From Tetramitus jugosus (taxonomy: Eukaryota; Protista; Heterolobosea): 64,000 bases of DNA. The notes beneath the pieces are model-generated. The model searched no databases. It saw only the letters and a list, made by a program, of their open reading frames with translations, and was not told the DNA's origin. Position numbers and translations under genes: made by a program. This document shows positions 47,132 to 58,606 of this stretch, piece by piece (position 1 is the first letter of the stretch; every line of letters begins with the position of its first letter). Location: positions 62,001-126,000 of the forward strand of contig OW569346.1 of assembly GCA_937625935.1 (NCBI GenBank), written 5' to 3'.

Positions 47132-48125
47132 ATGAAAAAACGAACACACACCCCTGTTGTGCGATGACTCTCCCAAAGCTGCCTTGGCCAAGAAGATTGG
47201 CTTGGATTTTGGTGATTTGCTCACCAGGGTCCAAGTCATCAAGAAGGGCCCCAAGAGGTTTGTTGCGTGGGTAACTGTTGTTGATGACAACATTTACCCA
47301 TTTGTTGAAACCTTCAACCGCAACAAGAAGATGAGTGGCTGCAAGGCAGCACTCAAGCACAACGTCGATTGTGCCAAGAAGGTCGTCCTCCACGGAGTCA
47401 AAGGTAAGACGGAGGACGACATCAAGGCCATGCTCGGCACAACAAAGGTCAAGAATGTGCTCAAGAAGCACAACACTGCCTTTGTTGTGATGGAGTCTGA
47501 AACGTATGCCGAAGCTTTGCTTCGGAACGTTCAAGCCATGCCAGTGGAGGTGGAAGCAAAGCGCTTCCTTCCACGCCCACGTGACCCTGTCAAGGCAGTC
47601 AGCAAAAGGCTGACCAAGATGTACCAAGAGCTCCTGGCTGTGGTGGGCGACCTGCGCCACCAAGTCAGTGTGTTAAAAGAAATGGCTTCCGTCAACCGGA
47701 TTCCCTTCGCGTCCCCGTCTCCAAGGACGCCGGACCGAATCTCCGAATTCGAACCTTCGACTCCGTCTACGACCGATGACTGGGAGTCGATCATGCCGGA
47801 GTCCCGCCCCGCCACTTCAACTACGGTCATCCAAGAGCCAACCAACACCATTGATGAGGATGCTCGTAACAGAGCAATCCTCGAGCTAGTATTGAACACC
47901 TCCGAGGTGTTCAAGAAAGCCAAGAAAGAGATTGCTGCCCGAGCAATCATGGTGGACCGCAATATCTGTAGTCGGCATCCCTCAATTTATCGGCTTCCCA
48001 AAATACACATCGGCATCCCCGAAAAATTTTATCCCAAAACTATTGATCAATACAATCAACAAACCATGAAACATCCCAGGTCGAAAAACCTTGGAGGAGA
48101 ACCGTTTGACATGAAAGAAGCTTGA
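47132..48125 (+). mobile_element. Repeat-family ORF with RRM-like domain and coiled coil; possible non-LTR retroelement ORF1
   Basis: RRM-like VVLHGV..TEDDIKAML..NTAFVVMESETYAEALL; two further decayed copies in the window. ATG 47132 is out of frame by one A in an A6 run. No RT seen. Confidence 0.55.
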
Positions 48126-49253
48126 AACGTATTTCTGAACAATGGTTGGATGGCCGTCACTTCCGCCCAGGGGATTCAAGGAGTGACAACTGACTTTGAC
48201 ACCGCCGTCATCCAAACGGACTAATGATTTTCAAACTCGTAACAAAGATGAAAAACACTGGTCTACGCCATATGTTTCGAACCTCACCTACATCTGAGCA
48301 GAGAAATAAATGGTGCGCCGGGAGTGCGAAGGTTCATTGCCCATTGGCCTACAGTACCAAGCCTAACATCACTGTTGATGTAGGAATAGGCTCAATCGAT
48401 TTCTTGGAATATTGCGCTGAGAGAAAAATTCTAATTACCAAGGGTCTAATCCTCAACACTACAGAGAGATATGTTGCGACCAAACACTGGCAATTCTTGG
48501 ACGGCCGCGATGAATTCATGCAAAAGGGATATATGGCATCTCTGCGAATTTTCTTAACTGGGAGCAAATGTGTAAGTATCACCATTTGATGACGAAATCT
48601 TTATGATTACATTGTCTAGATTCCTCGCCCATGATGGACCAGGGATGAATTGCACAGTAAAATGGTCGTATAGAGGGATAATGGTTTGAAGAAAACAGGG
48701 AACCCAGCGGATATGATTTCGAAGATCATTTTCACAAGCCGCCGAGAGGAGTGTTGAAATGTTGATGGTTCAATTGAAAGTAAGTCGTTTCATGTCAGCA
48801 GCACACCATCACCAGTATTGTAGAAGAATTTCAATACAGTTGATCTCATTGACAGAAGATTCATCAACAACATTGAAAAATTGGAGAGCAAATATCATGA
48901 CGGATGTTGTAGCAAGTAGTGACGCAGCAATCAGCCGCGGCTCACAGGTTTTGGATTTGTCCTCTTCCGGGGAGTTCTTAGTGAATGTTTGCAAGTTGCT
49001 CAAGAGGGAGTTTTTTCGGAGAGCAACACCACCGTTTGAATTGATGACTTGTAGGATGCCGATAATCCGTCCTGTGGGATGCCGCCTATAGATATTGCAT
49101 TACGTGTGTAGAACTTCAATGAATTTGTTGATAGTTCAACGAATTCTTGTAGGCTTCGCAGGTAACATCTTCAAAAAAAAGTGCAATTCACACGAGTACT
49201 ACATAAGAGCGACCCAGTAGTGTACAAATGATTCTTAGAACAAAACATTCACA

Positions 49254-52063
49254 ATGATATACTGTCATCATTCTGTAAGCACGGTTATGATTATGCTGCT
49301 ATCCTGTAGTGAAACACGAGTGCCAGTGTTTCTCCTTGAGTATCACATCGTACACATTCTGACATGCTTGAATATCAGTGGTTTTGAGTTACCTTACAAA
49401 GCGTATCCTGTTCCGTTTAATATCAAAGAGGGTGAGTACTATGACGCTATGGTTGCATTGTTAAATGAAGTTAAGGAGCAAGCATCCAACAAGAAGAACA
49501 AGTTACGCCACAAACAATTCATGGTATTACCAAAGAGGTATCGTGTGGATTCAGTTTTGAATACTAAACGAGATGAGTTTCAGAAGCTTGATAACAGGCA
49601 ATTGAAATTTGTAATGAAACTCGTGATAATACATTTCGATTGTCCAGGCTTGAGAATGATCTCCATAATATGCATGCCACAAACAAGAAGCAATTTAGAT
49701 ATACCATGGATGTCAAGCTCTATGCACACTGCCTTTTGAACTATCTTGGCAAAGCCAAGTACCAAATGATTCTTGGAATGCAGGAGACAGAATCTGATGA
49801 TAATCAGGGACACTTTGATACATCCCGATGTAACGAACTTCTGCCATCCATTAGTTTATTGGAGCAGCATCGCTTGCCGATGATCACTGAACATGGTGTT
49901 TTCCACAATTACATTGCTTCCTGCTCAAAATTGGTGACATACCTGCAATCATTCCAGAATTTGTGGGTCAGGATGGTAGATTCTGTGGATCTTCAGGCAA
50001 ACCTAACAGTCAGCAGAGAGAAGGGCATGATATTTGGTATCAGTGGCCAAAGATACAAGATCAGTGAGGTATTCACAGATGAAATATTCAGTCACTTGGA
50101 TGCTCTGAAACATTTAGCACGAAAGGCAACTGTGGTACTACTCTGCCATGGCTCGAATCATTTTGCGATCCCAGTAACATGTGGCACCTGCATCAGTGAA
50201 ACGCATGAAGCAGTGGTATCATTACTTGATCAATGTGTCACAAGCTGCTTGAACATGAAAATTAACCTCCAGATGGTAAACTCAGATGGTGGCAATTATA
50301 CAGCAGTGAAAGAGATAGCTGAAAAGTATTCTATTGCTGCAGTTAATTATGCCTGTCACTTGGGTAAGAATATTAGGAACCATCTCAAAGAGGAGGAACG
50401 CTGTATTTGAGTCCCTGTCCATAGAGTGGATGTTCTTGGTGATCATGACTTGTCGCAGCCTGTGAAGTGCATCCAGGAGGGTATTAACTTCATCACTGTC
50501 ACAGTGTATAACATCACTGAGAAATTTGGTTTGGATATATTGATTCCTGGCGCAAAGCCAAAGATGTTATTCGAAGGAATGTTCTATACTGATTCATGTG
50601 ATCTGTATTTTGATGAGGCGTATGAATCCAGCTTCACATATGGCAAGGACAAGAAGAATATTAGTTTCTCAATGTACTCTTTGTCAAAGGAGTTATCTAA
50701 TTTAGTATTCAGAAGATCGGGAGCAGCAACAGCAGATGTAGAGTGTACTGGATATGTTGTACAGCAAGTTTCAATGGAAACAATCCGTGCGACATATGAA
50801 CATCGTGATCATTCCAGCAAAGTACAGAAATTGATTCAAATGAGAAATACACCTGCTCCACTGAACAAATCTACTACTAGGCCATTGTCACAATATGAAA
50901 AGAGCAGTACCTCTCAGATTGCAGTACTCACACAGAACATAACAGATGTTCAGTCAAATAGAAAACAGTTATTCAACAGACCAGTTCCAGAATTTGAACA
51001 TACTGATATTGCTATGGTATTTACAGACTTTGAATGGAACCGTAGTGGCGACATTATCAGTGTTGGTGCTAACTACAAGCATCAAGATAGAGAATTCAAC
51101 TTCTATAGCCTAGTGAAGCAGAGATCTGCTGGAAATACTCCAGTATATAATATCACCATAGAGCAATTGAAGTCTGAACCGTCACCACTATCTGTATTCA
51201 GAGAGTATATGGTTTATTTGAAGTCATTGAATTCAGATAAGGTCGTACTCGTAGCACACTTTGGAACTGGTGCAGATTTCCCTAAACTGTTCAGGACACT
51301 ACACAGTCTGGGCATCAAACTGGAACTAGATCTGGAACTAGCTGACACTAGATACACTCTAAAGAAATATCTGAAAGGAGGTAGCAATACACTCAAGCTC
51401 ACAGAATTGTATCTTAATCGAGTGTCCAAGGAAGGTTACAATGCTCATAACTCTTTGAGTGACAGTATTGCGCTGAGACAAGTTTTACGTTCTATTGTCA
51501 CGGATATTGATCTTGAGAATCAGAGAGCAATATACGAACGGTTCCTGGAAGATGTAACTGCTAAATCTAAAGAAAAATACCACCGATTAATATGTGATGA
51601 TCCTACTGCAGTTGCTCCAGACGGATACATGTGTGTGAAGAAGAAACGTAGACGGGCTTCTAAGTGAATAAAAATATCAGATGATCAAGTAGATGAAGTA
51701 TTGTATGAGGAAGATGATCGTGGATTCGATGCATCACAAGCTATTCACACTCGTACCAGATCTGCCACAAAGAAACGAGCATGGAATGAACTGCAAGAAG
51801 ACTGGAAAGAGAATGCAGAAGATGGTCACCATGATTACTGCTACAAATGCAATATTGGTGGTGATATTTTGATGTGTGATGGTTGCAATCAGTCTATTCA
51901 TTTGAATTGTGTTGTTCCACCATTAGATGAAGTGCCATCTGATGACTTGTACTGTGGCGACTGCACTCAATTGGACAATTTCACGAGTATAGATGATTCT
52001 GACACTGAATTTGAAGAGCAAGATGCTTATGATCATGAGAGTGATGTATGTTTCTTTATTTGA
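49254..52063 (+). pseudogene. Disrupted P-element/THAP9-like transposase followed by DEDDh exonuclease and PHD finger modules
   Basis: P-like RYTMDVKLYA..KYQ..LPSISLL, MVDSVDL, LARKATV..IPV, NSDGG and CHLGKNIRNHL; DEDDh TDFE..VAHFG..D..LADT..AHNSLSD; PHD CYKC..CDGC..HLNC..CGDC. Fragmented by stops and frameshifts. Confidence 0.72.
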
Positions 52064-52225
52064 ACATGAATTGTTTGAAGTAAATTTTGGCAGAAACAAT
52101 ATCTTTTCCATACAACCATCGCAAGCACAAGATTGCTCATTTATTGCACTTGTTTTGTGAGCAACGACCCGTAGGGCATCTTTCACTCTTGTTGTCCCCA
52201 TTCAGCTTATTCTGTTGTAGATTGT

Positions 52226-52873
52226 TTGGTTAGGGTGTGTGTTACTATGCGTACATGCTCTAGTTCGAATCTCATCCAGGGCAAATCAGGCCAATGGAGA
52301 TGGCATCACCTTAAAATTTTTCGTTGTGTCCCCCTGTCTCTTTCACTACGAGTAGCTGGAATCTCAATTGTTCCTTTGAAGCAATTATACAAAATATTCA
52401 ATGTGTTTTTGTTGTATTCAAAACAACGCGATACAGAAATGTTGAAGTGAAGTCTCAAATCTTCCAAACTGTAATTTCTCCTCATCCACATTAAACAAAT
52501 CATCAACTGTTGTCTCGTATCAAGACTCCTTGGTCTTCCTGATTTCAGTTTCAGTTTTTTTCCATCAACAGTTTGCTTACTGAGTTGATCACATATCTGG
52601 TAATACACTTTATCGAATTCATTTGGATACAATCCAGTTTGATGCTTTAATAACGATTTGTTTATCAATAAAAAATTAAAATTCACTACAAGAGAAAATG
52701 TTAGTCAATATGAAAACGATAGAAACAATTATTATTCATCCGCCTCTTGATTCTGAGTCATCATCCGAATCAAGCAACTGTTCCTCATCCTCTTCTTGTA
52801 CACTGACAATGTTGTCTGAACACATCATAAGGTCGAACGTCCAAAGGACAAACATACTCTATCGGTCATCGTT
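52226..52873 (-). pseudogene. ISL2EU/Harbinger (IS5-like) transposase remnant
   Basis: HTH_Tnp_4-type LKHQTGL..F..GRPRSLDTRQQLMICLMWMR..LEDLRLHFNISVS; intron acceptor GACTAAC..TGTAG at 52686; DDE core appears deleted. Confidence 0.7.
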
Positions 52874-53172
52874 GATGTTTCTCGTAGAATTTGTGTTTAT
52901 TGTTGGGTGCAAGGGTATGTTGTTGTTTTCGAAACAAAAGGCTTGGCAGCTCCCCAAAACGTTTTTGAAACCCTGGTCCAATTTCCAGAAAATGGAAGGA
53001 TCAAGAAAAGATTAGAAATCTTGCAAAATTAGCGCACTTTCGGAAATACACAACAGTTTGTCTTTTAAGGAGAATGGGACATTTTTATTCTTTTATGTCA
53101 TACTCTGGTCACTCTGCTGTGGTCAACACAGCATATGCGTGGATTCTCATACTCACGAACACAAAACACAAA

Positions 53173-53203
53173 ACAGTTCAATGCTTGTTTTGTGGGGTAT
53201 GTT
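53173..53203 (+). repeat. 31-bp dispersed repeat, copy 2 (candidate TIR)
   Basis: ACAGTTCAATGCTTGTTTTGTGGGGTATGTT; inverted match to 32266-32296. Confidence 0.85.
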
Positions 53204-53334
53204 AAAAATTTATGTCAAAGGTTTGACACAAATCTGTTTCGTGTGCCCGAAAATTACATTAATATTTTTTTGCAACCACAACAACTTTTTCTTTTTTTAT
53301 AGCGACAATACATTTGTGTTTTTTATTGTGTTTA

Positions 53335-54322
53335 TTATTGAACTAAACACCGTTCTGATCCACAATTGTGGTCATTGAGAACCCATCTGCTCTGATCAAG
53401 CAGTAAAAAATGGGAAAAGGGTTGTCGCCTTCGGGTTAATGCTCCGCTCGCTGCTTGGGGAATATGTACTTCATGGTGAATATGATGCGGAACCAAGCAG
53501 AGCCTGGGTTTTATCATATTTTGACCTTTGAAAGAGGTACTCGAAGGACTTACCGGCTCAGTTCTTGAAGATCTGGGGCGTCTTTTTCGGTTCTTTCGTG
53601 ATATCAATGGTGTGACATTCATATCAACATCGTGTGGTACTATTGCACCGATATCTTGATCTCTAGTAACAACGAGCTGATCATCTTCGATATCTTCGTC
53701 AAAGCATCACTTTTTTTACTAATCCTTGTGACAGACTCAATGAATCTCTGAAGTCCCGATATATTCTCCTTGCAACGACGTATGCCCAACTCAACAGTAT
53801 CTGGCGCCCTACCATCATTGACATATCGCTTATTTCTTCTTGCAACTGCTCTTTTCTTACGAGCATCCACAGTGTTACTCCTGAAGGAGAGGTCGACGTT
53901 TGATAGAACGTTTTTGAACTCCAGAAAGGCTCTTTCATCTTATCACACAGTGTTGCACTGTTTACAACAACATTCTTGTTGTATACCAACTGCATAATGT
54001 TATGGAGTGATTCCACATTGTTTGTTGTATGCGGTATATCGCTCCAATGTTCCACTAAGCTGTACGCCTTGATGAGTAAACGTAAGTTACAATCTCTTGT
54101 CCACCAGTTGACCCATGACCTTACTCCTGGATATGTCATGCCTATAGCCTTGAAGATAGTAACGATTGACTCACAATCCTTGTCAAATGGAATGGTCTTA
54201 CAGAAATTCACAAATCCCTCCTCCTTATCAGCAGAACAAACCCATTTTGCCAATCTTTTGCAAGACCGTAACCAATGTACGTGACAACCTTTGATCAACG
54301 ATTCCGCCAAGTTGTTGTTCAC
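53335..54322 (-). pseudogene. Mutator/MULE-like transposase C-terminal fragment
   Basis: GCHVHW (CxxH motif), WVNWW and PHTTNNVESLH (catalytic Glu motif); frameshifted tail. Confidence 0.7.
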
Positions 54323-54324
54323 CG

Positions 54325-54665
54325 CATTCTAGATCCATTATTTGACCCGTTGTTTCATCATTGGGATCCAACCTTGTGCTCACTTGCTTGCAGCTTGAGA
54401 CTCTGTAACGACCACGATCGAATCGATATCCCTTACTAATTTCAATCGTGTTTGAGATGGTGCACCCTGGGTCAACCTTCAAGTAACTACTCGGTTGAGG
54501 AGCTACTCTCTTGCACATCTTTCCTCGATAGGGCAGAACTGTACGAGAATCCACATGAGTGACTTCCACAGCACCCGGACCCATGAGTGACTCCAGTGGG
54601 GTGTGGTAGTGACACACGTAATGAGTCTGGGTCGGATGAGTGTTACGTGTATAGTTGAATTGCAA
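54325..54665 (-). pseudogene. Fragment resembling the N-terminal prodomain of M35 (deuterolysin/Lys-specific) metallopeptidases
   Basis: TPLE..YRGKMCKR..P..YLKVDPG..IEISKGY..GRYRV pattern; preceded by an intron-acceptor-like GACTAA..TTAG. Confidence 0.5.
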
Positions 54666-54960
54666 CTAAATTTAGTCAAGTCAGTTTGATGAATATCACA
54701 AACACTTCTAGATTTATTGACCGGTCTATTTAATGATGTTAGTTGGAATTTGACGAAAAAGAAAAATGTTGCTACATTCCTTACAATACTACAACCCTCA
54801 GTTGGACACTCTTTGGTCCCAATGCATCTTGCCTGTCTCTTTGTCCAAACTTTTCACAACCAAACAAATTTGGAATCAGTATACTTGCCTAAGCTAAACT
54901 GAATTGCATCATACAATGGTCTTGATTGTAGTTGAATCTCTTCTGGCAATCTGACTCTCT

Positions 54961-55398
54961 TGCCAAGAAGGTCGTCCTCCACGGTGTCAAAGGTAAGACG
55001 GAGGATTAAATCAAGGCCATGCTTGATAAAAAAAGGTCAAGAAGGTGCTCAAGAAACACAACACAGGCCAGTGGAAGTGGAAGTAAAGCGCTTCCTTCCA
55101 CTCCCACGTGATCCTGTCAAGACTGTCAGCAAGAGGCTAACCAAGCTGTATCAAGAGCTCCTGGCTGTGGTGGACGACCTGCGTCACCAGTCAGTGTGTT
55201 AAAAGAAATGACTTCCGTCAATCAGATTTCTCTCCCATCCCCGGCCTACGACCGATGACTGGGAGTCCCAGTCATGGCTCAAACTACGGTCAAGAGCCAA
55301 CCAACATCATTGATGAGGATACTCATAAGCGATCCTCGAACTAGTATTGAACACCTCCGAGGTGAACGAGATTGTTGCCCGATAATCATGGTAGAACG
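54961..55398 (+). repeat. Degenerate direct copy of the RRM/ORF1-like repeat
   Basis: Colinear with about 47371-47958 (TGCCAAGAAGGTCGTCCTCCACGG.., CAAGAGCTCCTGGCTGTGGTGG), with many short deletions. Confidence 0.9.
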
Positions 55399-56052
55399 TG
55401 CAAGAAGCACAAACACCCAAGAAGATCCAGTTGAGTTGGATCTCAGTAACCCCGATTGCGAGTTTCAGAGTCCCCAACTCAACGAACAAAAGAAACGATC
55501 AGCATGTGTCAGTGTTGTTAAGGTCTCGACCAGGTTGGCCAGTATCAATTCAGGTACCTACTGGCTGGGACTACGGAGCCACCTGACCTCACCAGTGGTG
55601 CTCCATATGGTAGTGAAGGCCCTCGCAACGAATCCCTGAAGAAGGGATCAAAAACATTCCAAGAAGAGAATGAATCCTGTTGCGTAGGCCTGCCACTCCA
55701 CTGTGCAAGCACCACATCATATTAGACAATTGAGAGCAGGCAAAGTTCCGCAACGTGGTGCTCACGCACCATTTGTTGTATTAAAAAAACGGAACAAAGG
55801 ACGAAATCCCTGTAGTTCGTGGGTATGATTAGTCGGTCACTCGGCCGAGGAGATCTAACAGTCCGGCGTTGAGCAGTATTACTGATACAAAGACAACTCC
55901 GATTGGATAATTGTTAAAGAACACATAATGACAAGTTAATGTTTTCTTATTATCAGTAAAGGTTTCTCTTCAAACGATTAGAATTGAACGACCAAAAAAC
56001 AGTTGTTCAGTTGGAGCATAATTGAGTTGTTGTTGAGAATGTTTCGAACAGT

Positions 56053-58563
56053 TTATGCTTGTATCATCTTATTCACGATTGCCAATGACTCTCGAAGGCT
56101 CAGCCTTTCATCCATTTTGGCAACCAGACCAGAAACGAGTCGTGCAAAAAGAGATGCAAAGCCTGAACCAAAATATTGTGCGAGAGAATCTCCAGAAAAG
56201 AACCTTCCAATCTCATCGATATAATCCATGTAATGGTGTTCATCAGGCAAAGGCATGAACCATTCAGTCCTTGTAATTGTTAATCTTGCATAATGAGCAA
56301 AAACAACACCAGCAGAAAATAGATCATTCATTGGACCAATAATTTTGTCCGTCCTCCTTGCTGCGAATGGTTTTGTTCCATAAGATATCCAACCAGGAAC
56401 TATATCGCCCACCTTAAACGTGTTTCCATAGTTAAAGTCGATTAGAACTGGATCACACAACTCGAAGTTCCCTCCAATCCCCGTCAAAGTTGCTGTCGCT
56501 CTAAACATCACATTGGACATTGAAAGATCGTGGTGAAACACACCAACAGAGTGAATTTGTTCTAATCCGTGTAGAATTCCCTTCAATGTGTGACAGATAA
56601 CCTGTTTCTGTTGAGCCACGCTTAAACTGTGAAATGAATGACCAAAGTAGTCACTATAAGCGATCAATGGCTCAGTGATAGTGACATAACAATGTGGTGA
56701 CACCTTACTAGTCTCAACCATCGATTTCATCCAATCTGGGAACGAATTGATCGCAAAGTGACTGTACACCTTGGATATGTTGACGTGGTTTAGCGCCTTG
56801 ATGCGAGTCATCACAGCTTTTTCACTTGGTTGACCCAATGATATTTTTGCAAATGCGGGTCCCTCAGGTCTCATGACCATGAATGCATATGTTCTATCAG
56901 ATTTCTCCAACACAGATACTTTGACCAAGTTGAGCTCTCTCTCGATCCTCTGAATGCTGCAATAGTAATAGTTATTATCGCTCTGATCATCTGGCAGGTT
57001 GAATTGTAAAGTGCGAGGGAGAACGCATGCTTTGTGCGTAGCAGTGACACACATTTCTTGGTCATCCTCTCTCCAAATCACAATAGATTTGGAACAACTT
57101 TCGTCTCCAAGTGTGTAGAAAGCATCTTCAGGTGATTGAACAAGAGCAACGATATGATTACACAATAAGAAAAGATGAAGAAGTTCTGTATGGATATCGG
57201 GAATCCTCATCGGCAATTCATGACTTAAATAATCACTCAAGGGCTTCACATCGTCATTGTGTACATCTGCAAACAACGCAGTTCGTTTCAGACAATTTAA
57301 CATTTCACTTCTGGTGACAGAGGCTAGTCTAAAATTCATGCGATCCTGTATGAAATCTGTGCAAGAATTCAAGTTTGGGAATGTTCGTTGAATAGCTGTT
57401 GTTGAAATTCTCTTTGCTTTCGCACTGTTCATCCATCGAAACTTGTCCTCTCCTGTTGCAGGTTCATAATGACTCCAAAAACTGAAAGCACGATACCCAA
57501 CTTCCCAAAGGAGCAAGAGACACTCTTTCATATCATCTGGCTTGTCATACTTGTAGATCTTTGAATGTTGCAAGCGGTAGTGAACAGCATTCTCTTGATC
57601 TTGGCTGATTATTTCAGTTGATATGGAGAGAATACATAAGCCATCAGAGCCTGCGAGAATACCAAACAACTCCAATTCCTTGGCTGCATCCTTACTTAAT
57701 GACAAATGCTCTATAATGTGCTTGAGCATGCACCTCATGAGAAAACACACTTTCAAAAAGTCTTTGTGAGCGAATACATTGTTACCCATCGCATTACGTT
57801 GTACCTCAACAGTAAGCACATAGATGGGAGAAGCTGACTGTTGGAAAACAAGTGAGAATGTATCTTCACTTAATTCCAATGTGATATCTGCTCTCAGAAA
57901 GCGTGTAACATCCGTGACTACTTGTGCTCTCTTGTCATTTAAGTGCAGTGCCATTGTCGGACAATTGTACTCTTGATCGCAGTTAACAATGAATATGTTC
58001 GGAATTACAAGTTCAAACGCTCTGACAACAAGCAATCCCACTGTATATGAATGAATTGTTCTCTCAGATACTCCCTTGCATTTTGATATCTTGCTAATAA
58101 ATGAGAAGGAACTGCTGTGATCTGTCTCCTCAATGTGCCTCTTTGCTTTTTCGAAACCGTCCAAGTTAATGACGCGATTTGACGAAACCTTGATTTCAAT
58201 GCAAGATTTGTTCAATTCATCAGGATAGAACTTGATGAGCCATGAGTTCAAAAACTCTCTAGTATTCACATCAAGACATTGTTCAGCATTGTGTGAGGCA
58301 ATGATAGAATCCTCAGTTATGTTAACACTTTGACCCATGAGAATGTCAGGTGATAAAGGAGTTTCGTCTTCAACTGATTCATAAAGTGTTCTGAGTGTGT
58401 GGATGTCCACTTTTTTCAACAACACATCCACCAAGAGTTGACGTTCCTGCTCTTCATTTTGAGGGTCTTCCTCAATACTAGCGCTTGCAACCCTGCTCTT
58501 TTTTGGTGGAGGTTGTTGCACTTCTTTCTTAGAGGTTATATCGTCACGGCTGCTTCGCTTCAT
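56053..58563 (-). CDS. Crinkler-like protein: REase-fold-like domain plus fungal-type (FunK1-like) protein kinase
   Basis: RADIT..VEVQ..KDFLKV..M..FGIL motif; kinase FAKIS, SEKAVM, HHDLSMSN, LIDFNYG, GTKPFAA and DLFSAG. Confidence 0.7.
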   Translation of the reverse strand: MKRSSRDDITSKKEVQQPPPKKSRVASASIEEDPQNEEQERQLLVDVLLKKVDIHTLRTLYESVEDETPLSPDILMGQSVNITEDSIIASHNAEQCLDVNTREFLNSWLIKFYPDELNKSCIEIKVSSNRVINLDGFEKAKRHIEETDHSSSFSFISKISKCKGVSERTIHSYTVGLLVVRAFELVIPNIFIVNCDQEYNCPTMALHLNDKRAQVVTDVTRFLRADITLELSEDTFSLVFQQSASPIYVLTVEVQRNAMGNNVFAHKDFLKVCFLMRCMLKHIIEHLSLSKDAAKELELFGILAGSDGLCILSISTEIISQDQENAVHYRLQHSKIYKYDKPDDMKECLLLLWEVGYRAFSFWSHYEPATGEDKFRWMNSAKAKRISTTAIQRTFPNLNSCTDFIQDRMNFRLASVTRSEMLNCLKRTALFADVHNDDVKPLSDYLSHELPMRIPDIHTELLHLFLLCNHIVALVQSPEDAFYTLGDESCSKSIVIWREDDQEMCVTATHKACVLPRTLQFNLPDDQSDNNYYYCSIQRIERELNLVKVSVLEKSDRTYAFMVMRPEGPAFAKISLGQPSEKAVMTRIKALNHVNISKVYSHFAINSFPDWMKSMVETSKVSPHCYVTITEPLIAYSDYFGHSFHSLSVAQQKQVICHTLKGILHGLEQIHSVGVFHHDLSMSNVMFRATATLTGIGGNFELCDPVLIDFNYGNTFKVGDIVPGWISYGTKPFAARRTDKIIGPMNDLFSAGVVFAHYARLTITRTEWFMPLPDEHHYMDYIDEIGRFFSGDSLAQYFGSGFASLFARLVSGLVAKMDERLSLRESLAIVNKMIQA

Positions 58564-58606
58564 CTATCAGTTATTTACTGGCGGGAATGTATTAATGCAC
58601 GCAGGT

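Noticed and set aside
48224-49250. Short ORFs between the RRM repeat and the P-like gene
   Set aside because: They are probably decayed TE coding sequence, but no motif could be recognised, so they are left unannotated.
55795-55830. GGACGAAA as a possible hammerhead ribozyme core
   Set aside because: No CTGANGA box or flanking stems were found nearby.
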